A DNA stretch of 64,000 nucleotides. Source: Octopus sinensis (Eukaryota). The position numbers were made by a program, and so were the translations under genes. This document shows, one piece after another, positions 57,478-64,000 of this stretch; positions within the stretch are counted from its first letter, which is position 1; every line of letters starts with the position of its first letter. Where the stretch lies: NCBI RefSeq assembly GCF_006345805.1, contig NC_043021.1, positions 9,486,001-9,550,000 of the forward strand, written 5' to 3'. The notes beneath the pieces are model-generated. The model was not told the origin of the DNA, ran no database searches, and was given only the letters and a program-made list of their open reading frames with translations.

Positions 57478-58545
57478 AAGTTTAGTGTTAGAGTTTAGGG
57501 TTTAAGATTAGAGTTGGGATTTAGAGTTAGGGTTAAGTGTTAGTGTTTAAGGTCAGGTATTGGGGTTTATGAATTAGGATTAGAGTTAGATTTAAGGCTT
57601 AGGACTAGGGTTTAGTTTTAGGGAACATGGTAAGGGATTGAGGTTTAACGTTAAAAGTTTAGGGTCTAGAGCAGTGGTTCTCAACCGGGTTCTTGTAAGT
57701 AGGGTTTAGTTTTAGGGAACATGATAAGGGGTTGAGGCTTAACGTTAAAAGTTTAGGGTCTAGAGCAGTGGTTCTCAACCGGGTCCTTGTAAGACTTTGT
57801 GGTGGGGGGTCTACGCAAGTAAAATAGTAAATTGGGGTTCACAGTACAATTTTAAGGGTCCATGAAAAAAAATGCTACTTTGGATGTTTATTGCAAGAAA
57901 GAGTTAGGTTTCTTTCTCTCACATTTTACATAGTTCAACCTACACAAATGAATGTATGAAAGACAATATAGGAATTTTGAAAGAAATATTTTAGGGGATT
58001 CACCAGAATAAAACTAGTAATCAAAGAAATAAAACAGAAGTCATAGGTTCAGGGGTGGTTGTGTTGTAAAAAGCTTGCTTCTCAACCACATGGTCTTGGG
58101 TTCAGTCCTACTACATGGCACCTTGTGCAAACCTTGCGAGTGGATTTGGTAGACGAAGATTGATAGAAGCCCGTTGTGTGTGTGTGTGTGTGTGTATTTG
58201 TCCCTCACCACCGCTTGACAACCGGTGTTAGTGTGTTTACGTTCCAGTAACTTAGCGGTTCGGCAAAAGTGATCCGATAGAATAAGTACCAGGCTTTCAA
58301 AAAAAAAAAAAAAAAACACCGGAGTCTATTCATTCGACTGAAAATTCTTCAAGGTGGTGCCCCAGTATGGCCGCAGTCAAATGACTGAAGCAGGTAAAAA
58401 AAAATAAATAAAGGGGTCCATAGACAAAAAAATGGTTAAGAACCACTGATCCAGGGTTAAATTTTAGTTTTAGTGTATAGTCTTAGGGGTCAGAGTTTAG
58501 TGTTAAAGGTTAAGATTTAAGATTAGGGCTTAAGGTTAGGACAAG
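57478..58545. repeat. Degenerate TTAGGG-like tract interrupted by an hAT MITE
   Basis: ttagag/tttaggg/ttagggtt variants at 57478-57760 and 58453-58545. Confidence 0.6.
57766..58448. mobile_element. hAT (Charlie-like) MITE with nested SINE-A (about 58040-58400)
   Basis: TIRs cagtggttctcaacc / ggttaagaaccactg; flanks gtctagag / atccaggg (5/8, all transitions). Confidence 0.7.
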
Positions 58546-59311
58546 GGTCAAACCTATTAGAAAATTGCTGCCTTGCTTCGAACAATATCGTTGATTTGTT
58601 TGCTTTCATTCCGTAACTCTTCTTGATATCTCGAAAGGTTAACATTTTCATTTTCTTTCCATGAAAATTGTCATCTTTAAAGGTTTCGTATGGCTTTCAT
58701 TTTCTTTCATTAAATGCTTTTTTTATTCATCAAAATAACTAAATGCATAAAGAAGCATAGAAATTATTTGCGGTACGTCGACGTTGGAGGCTGCTGTGTA
58801 AATTTACCAAAAAATATCGATCTTTTAAAGCCCGTTATTATTATTATTATAATGTTTTTTTTTCATCATTAATTTCTCGGAAAAATGGAGGTGCTTCTCG
58901 TAATTATCATGTAAAACTACGGAGAACGAAAATAAAACCGGGCACAGCAATTCCAAAAGAAAGAAAAAAAGATTTAAAGTTCTTATAATTAGTATATTGA
59001 GGTTTCATATACATTTGAAATAATAGATTGTGAAGTGTGCAGACACATATATGTGTTAATGTGTGCGTGTGTGTGTGTGTGTGTGTGTGGTGTGTTGTGT
59101 GTGTGTGTGTGTGTGTGTCTGTGTATGTGTGTGTATGTACACCCACACATATGTTTATGTACATATACGTTTGTGTAGTTGTCTTGCAAGATTCTTAACG
59201 TGAAATGGTGTGTTGAAGCAAATATTGTTTTACTTGAGGACGGTCATATCTTGCCAATTAAACACACGCACTATATATTTGGTCTTCACTTTATGTGTGT
59301 GTGTATATATA

Positions 59312-59379
<68 letters not shown>

Positions 59380-59952
59380 TAATTATATATATATGATGTA
59401 TATGTTTTTATCATTTAATTGATAAAAATATATAATATATAATATATATATATATCTATATATATATATATATATATAAACATAAATATATGTGTGTGCA
59501 TATATATATATATATAATGAATGCGAAAATTAATTTCTGTGCAGTGTGTCACAATAATCCCCCTCTCTCACTATTCAATGACACTCCTACTATTCCTCAT
59601 GATGGTAGATGAAATACCGCTAGGCATTTCACCCGGCGTGCTAAGATTCTGCCAGCTCGCCGCCTTGATATAATATAATATCATATGATATAATATGATA
59701 TAATATAATATAATATAATATAATATAATATAATATAATATAATATAATATAATAACCGTGAATGTATGTATGTCAGTGTGTCACACTTCCATTACCGCG
59801 ATTGTTTACGGCGATTTTTTTTTACATGATTATTATTTTTTTTTTGCGACGAATATGATTATCATTGGGATATGACTTTGGAGGAAGCAATTGCAAAACA
59901 TTCTCCGAAGCATTTCAGAGATCTGTTTGCAGATAGGGCAGCTTTTAAGCGA

Positions 59953-59987
<35 letters not shown>

Positions 59988-61282
59988 TAACATAAATAAT
60001 ATATAAATATATGCATATATGCATACATATATGTACATACCTACACATATATGTATATATACATGCATATATGGGTACAGAACACACAAAAAAAAAAAAC
60101 GTGGACACAATGAGAAACGAAAACATAAAAACAAAAACATAGAAAACGAACTTTTTTTTTTCGAACAACAAAAAAACCCAAAACAAACAGAACCGAGATA
60201 TGCAACCGCTGTATGAAAACATATGCATATTGGGTTCTAACAACTGGTTATTATTATCGCGGTGCCTAAGCGAAATCATCACACATAAATCCCACCACAC
60301 ACACACCACCACTGCTACAACCCCCACCACACGTATATATATATATATATATATATCTTTTATCTTTTACTCTTTTCAGTCATTAGACTGCGGCCATGTA
60401 TCAACCCCAGTGCTTACTGTTTATAATCCTGGTACTTATTCTGTCGGTCTCTGTTGCCGAACCATTAAGTTACGGGGATGTACACACACCAGCACCAGTT
60501 GTCAAGCGGCGAGCTGGCAGAAACGTTAGCACGCCGGGCGAAATGCTTAGCGGTATTTCGTCTGCGTTACGTTGTGAGTTCAAATTCCGCCGAGGTCGAC
60601 TTTGCCTTCATCCTTTCGGGGTTCGATAAAGTAAGTACCAGTTACGAACTGGGGTCGATGTAATCGACTTAATACCTATGTCTGTCCTTGTTTGTTCCCT
60701 CTGTGTTTAGCCCCTTGTGGGTAATAAAAAAATAGGTTGTGGGGATAAAAAACGTATACGTATACAACTGGACGGGAAACAGACATTGAGGGTCCCTAAT
60801 TCTTCATCAGTTTCGCACCATTAATGGTAAAACCGAGGACTTCCCATATTGGCGGTGCCTGCGAAAGTTGCAGAGAATGTAGGGCCCCAAGCAAACAAAA
60901 CAAAGAAGATGGAAAAAGACGAAATAAACGAGCAAAATACGGTCCTACGACCGACCAAAAGGACAAGAATGGTGGGTAACGCTTAGAAGAGGTCCTGAAG
61001 GATATAAAAAAAAACAGCAAATAGCAAGACAGAGAAATATATATATGATGAATAGCTTTGCAGAAACCATGGTACGCTTTGTTTTCTGACTTTATAATCA
61101 TCTCATAATAATGACTTTTATGACTTTTATTACTACCTCAGTCCATCTAAATGTATATATTTGTCGTTACCTTTCATAAAAAGCCTTTTTTTTTTATTTA
61201 CAATGTGCATTTTCGTTGATTTTTCATATTTTACCCTTACATTTCCACGTGTATTTTATATTTTCTTTTTGTAACATATTTC

Positions 61283-61317
<35 letters not shown>

Positions 61318-61321
<4 letters not shown>

Positions 61322-61735
61322 GTGGCTGTTTACTGCTTATGCAAAGTTTGACCACCTCCTTTACCTACACCTTAGCACCATTATGGCATCTGATGTGGTT
61401 TTTTAAACCAGACAATGTGCACCTCCGATTTGGACCACCAAGAGCTGCAGATAAGTTCTGCTCTTTGTGAATCGTAAAATGTCTCTTGAGGCCTCCGTTG
61501 GATTTGTAAACCTTCTGGCATACACTGCATTTAAAGGTGTGCACAGACGTATAGGCAGAATAGTTGGTGGCGGTTTCTTTTCCATGCGGTTCGCAGATGA
61601 GATTTGAGGCCAGCAAAAGACAGGCATGGTCTGTCACAGACTGTGCACACAAAAAAGGTCATTGTCATTCACCATCTCGATCGTTACATTCTTCTATATA
61701 TTTGTGAAAAGGGTGGACGTTGTCTCACAAGCAGT
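61318..61735 (-). mobile_element. LINE 3' end encoding three tandem C2H2-like fingers
   Basis: Minus strand: FVCTVCDRPCLSFAGLKSHLR (frameshift) HGKET, FKCSVCQKVYKSNGGLKRHFTIH, TLSGLKNHIRCH, stop, short UTR, then (TA)n. Confidence 0.6.
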
Positions 61736-61928
61736 TGTGCAGGCAAAAGTGTTAGTAAATGTGGTCGGATTGAACTGAAAATTTGCATACCTATGTTAAG
61801 AGTGCCGGGGAGTTTGCATGGAAACTTTGATTTTGCTCAATTGAAAGGTGTGGCCTCTAGGGCAAAATTCCTCATCTTTAAAATGTGGCTCGAGTAGACG
61901 CGAATGAAATATCGGGTTATAATCCTAG
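61735..61928 (+). mobile_element. Possible Helitron 3' remnant
   Basis: Ends cgcgaatgaaatatcggg...CTAG|T; 5' end not identified. Confidence 0.4.
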
Positions 61929-62084
61929 TATATATATATATATAATACTGCTTGGTTTGTAAGCTTAAAGGGCTCAAAACTGATCTTAGATTCAAATATT
62001 CAATATCGGCTATTTTTCGTCGATACTAAGTTCTAAATATAGTCTGAGAAGCCATAACTGGCGAAACAGTCATCAATGGTAAAT

Positions 62085-62118
<34 letters not shown>

Positions 62119-62345
62119 TACACACACACACACATATACACATACACACACACACACACACTACGAGAAAAGTTCGGTAATATATTTTGGATGATCCAAA
62201 AGTCAGGTGTCGAGAAGTTATCATGCTGTGTACAGACATGAAAAGGTAGACCTTTTTCTGGGGAACCGACTACACGTTGGGATAGCCCCAAGAATTATAG
62301 GTTATAGAACCAGCTAAAATAATATCAATATAATAGTATATATCT

Positions 62346-62382
<37 letters not shown>

Positions 62383-62383
<1 letters not shown>

Positions 62384-62770
62384 AGGAGTGGCGGTGTGGT
62401 AAGTAGCTTGCTTACCAACCACAAGGTGTCACGCAGTGACACCTTGGGCAAGTGTCTTCTACTATAGCCTCGGGCCGACCAAATCCTTGTGAGTGGATTT
62501 GGTAGACGGAAACTGAAAGAAGCCCGTCGTATATATGTATATATAAATATTTGTGTGTGTGTGTTTGTGTGTCTGTGTTTGTCCCACCCCCCACCGCCCC
62601 AACATCGCTTGACAACCGATGCTGGTGTGTTTACGTCCCCGTAACTTAGCGGTTCGGCAAAATAGACCGGTAGAATAAGTACTAGGCTTACAAAGAATAA
62701 GTCCTGTGGTCGATTTGCTCGACTAAAGGTGGTGCTCCAGCATGGCCGCAGTCAAATTACTGAAACAAGT
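62383..62770 (+). mobile_element. SINE-A
   Basis: Consensus match with a deletion in the tRNA head. Confidence 0.85.
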
Positions 62771-63063
62771 AATATATTTATATATATATAAATTAGAGAA
62801 TAACCCTATGTAGCAATCCAACAATGATATACTTAAATCATCCCATATAGAAAAAAATTAAAGATAAGATAAAACATTTACCTAGAACTAAATATAGTAC
62901 GAAATACTAAATAAATAGTATATAATTACCCTAACCCTAACTCTAATTATATACTATTTATTTATTATTTCGTACTTTATTTAGTTCTAGGTAAGTTTTT
63001 CTAAAAGAACTCGGAAGGTTGAACTTCCAGCCAAGGTCTATTTAATGCTTCGAGGAAGAAAAA

Positions 63064-63104
63064 GAAGTTCGACGTTTCGGAACAGAAACTTTTATCAGAA
63101 AGAC
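63064..63104 (-). ncRNA. Decayed hammerhead-like motif
   Basis: Revcomp: ttt-CTGATAA-aagtttctgttcc-GAAACGTC-gaa; stems I and II are weak. Confidence 0.35.
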
Positions 63105-63441
63105 AACGGGCGAATTGGTGTTGATACATAAATATATTTGGATTCACGAAGAGAGAGAACGCGTGGGAGAGAGAGAGGGGGAATTATCACTAATCCTTCA
63201 ACACCAGTTGACATCTCATAGCTGTCTGGTGAAATGCTTTGCCCCCGAAACATTAAACTCCGCTTCTACACTGCATGCAACATATTTTACTGTTTCAATC
63301 ATATAGATACATACTACACACAAACCCACATATATATACCAATGATCCTTTTATGCTTAAATACATACATATATGCATGTTGGAATTATTATATTTTTAC
63401 GAGGTCTAGACAGGCATCTGCAGCTAGCAAGCCATGCTACT

Positions 63442-63481
63442 CTAGACTGATGACGAGCAAGACTCAGAAACTAGTCTCTGG
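63442..63481 (+). ncRNA. Minimal type-I hammerhead ribozyme motif, near intact
   Basis: ctaga-CTGATGA-c-GAG caaga CTC-a-GAAA-CTAG-T-C-tctgg: 5-bp stem I, intact core, palindromic stem III ACTAGT, GUC triplet. Confidence 0.8.
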
Positions 63482-63688
63482 ATGCAAGCTTAGCTAGGTG
63501 AGGGTGCTTATCTCCCCCTTGTAAACATAAGACACAAGAAATGCGTCAAGGCCGACAGGAAGCGTTGATGCTTCCTAGGGCTAAATAGCGGTGGTGTGAT
63601 TCCCTTCATGGGATTGTCACATTAAGTTGACAGTATACAACTACTCTGTCGTACCACCACTGCTTATGTCTCTCTGAGATATTTAGAA

Positions 63689-63725
<37 letters not shown>

Positions 63726-64000
63726 GGCTGCCCCCTCGTTATCGAGCATGGCCATTGCACGAAGCTTAACTGTTACTGGTGTTGTGATTGAATGTGACTT
63801 TTAACCCACCCAAAGATCTACAATGCCTTGTACAAAATTGGCAACTAAAACCTTTACAGGTAATAGCCGCTGTAGTTGTAACCTTTGCATGTCGTTTTTA
63901 AGTCCTCCTGCCGAATTACACTCTCTTCCCACATGCCCGACATGAAACAGGGGGATATTCTGGCACCGACCCTATTACCATATATATATATATATATATA

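Noticed and set aside
61365-61652. Host C2H2 zinc-finger gene
   Set aside because: Frameshifted, lacks TGEKP linkers, begins with an RTE-type finger and ends in a LINE-like tail; kept as a mobile-element fragment.

Overview
Repeat-dense, AT-rich eukaryotic DNA that looks intergenic or intronic. I recognise the SINE families and microsatellite load as octopus-like (from memory, not a database hit). No host protein-coding gene can be supported. Contents: one full-length but disrupted RTE LINE (13455-17380) and dozens of copies of four tRNA-headed SINE families plus a headless (GAT)n-tailed repeat. There are also fossils of mariner, hAT, Chapaev-like, piggyBac-MITE, Helitron, CR1/L2 and RLE-type elements, and long microsatellite blocks. 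The most striking signal is about ten type-I hammerhead-ribozyme (HHR) motifs from several unrelated sequence families, in contexts typical of Penelope-like element (PLE) termini. Several sit as mirror pairs in long fold-back hairpins. They include apparent core covariants (G3:C8 and U3:A8 instead of C3:G8) and a recurrent U at the cleavage site. Other oddities: a four-source templated mosaic insertion, a mariner with an internal inversion, a LINE/Helitron/piggyBac nest, and a hairpin whose loop is telomere repeat. All folds and translations were done by eye, and none of the activity claims has been tested.
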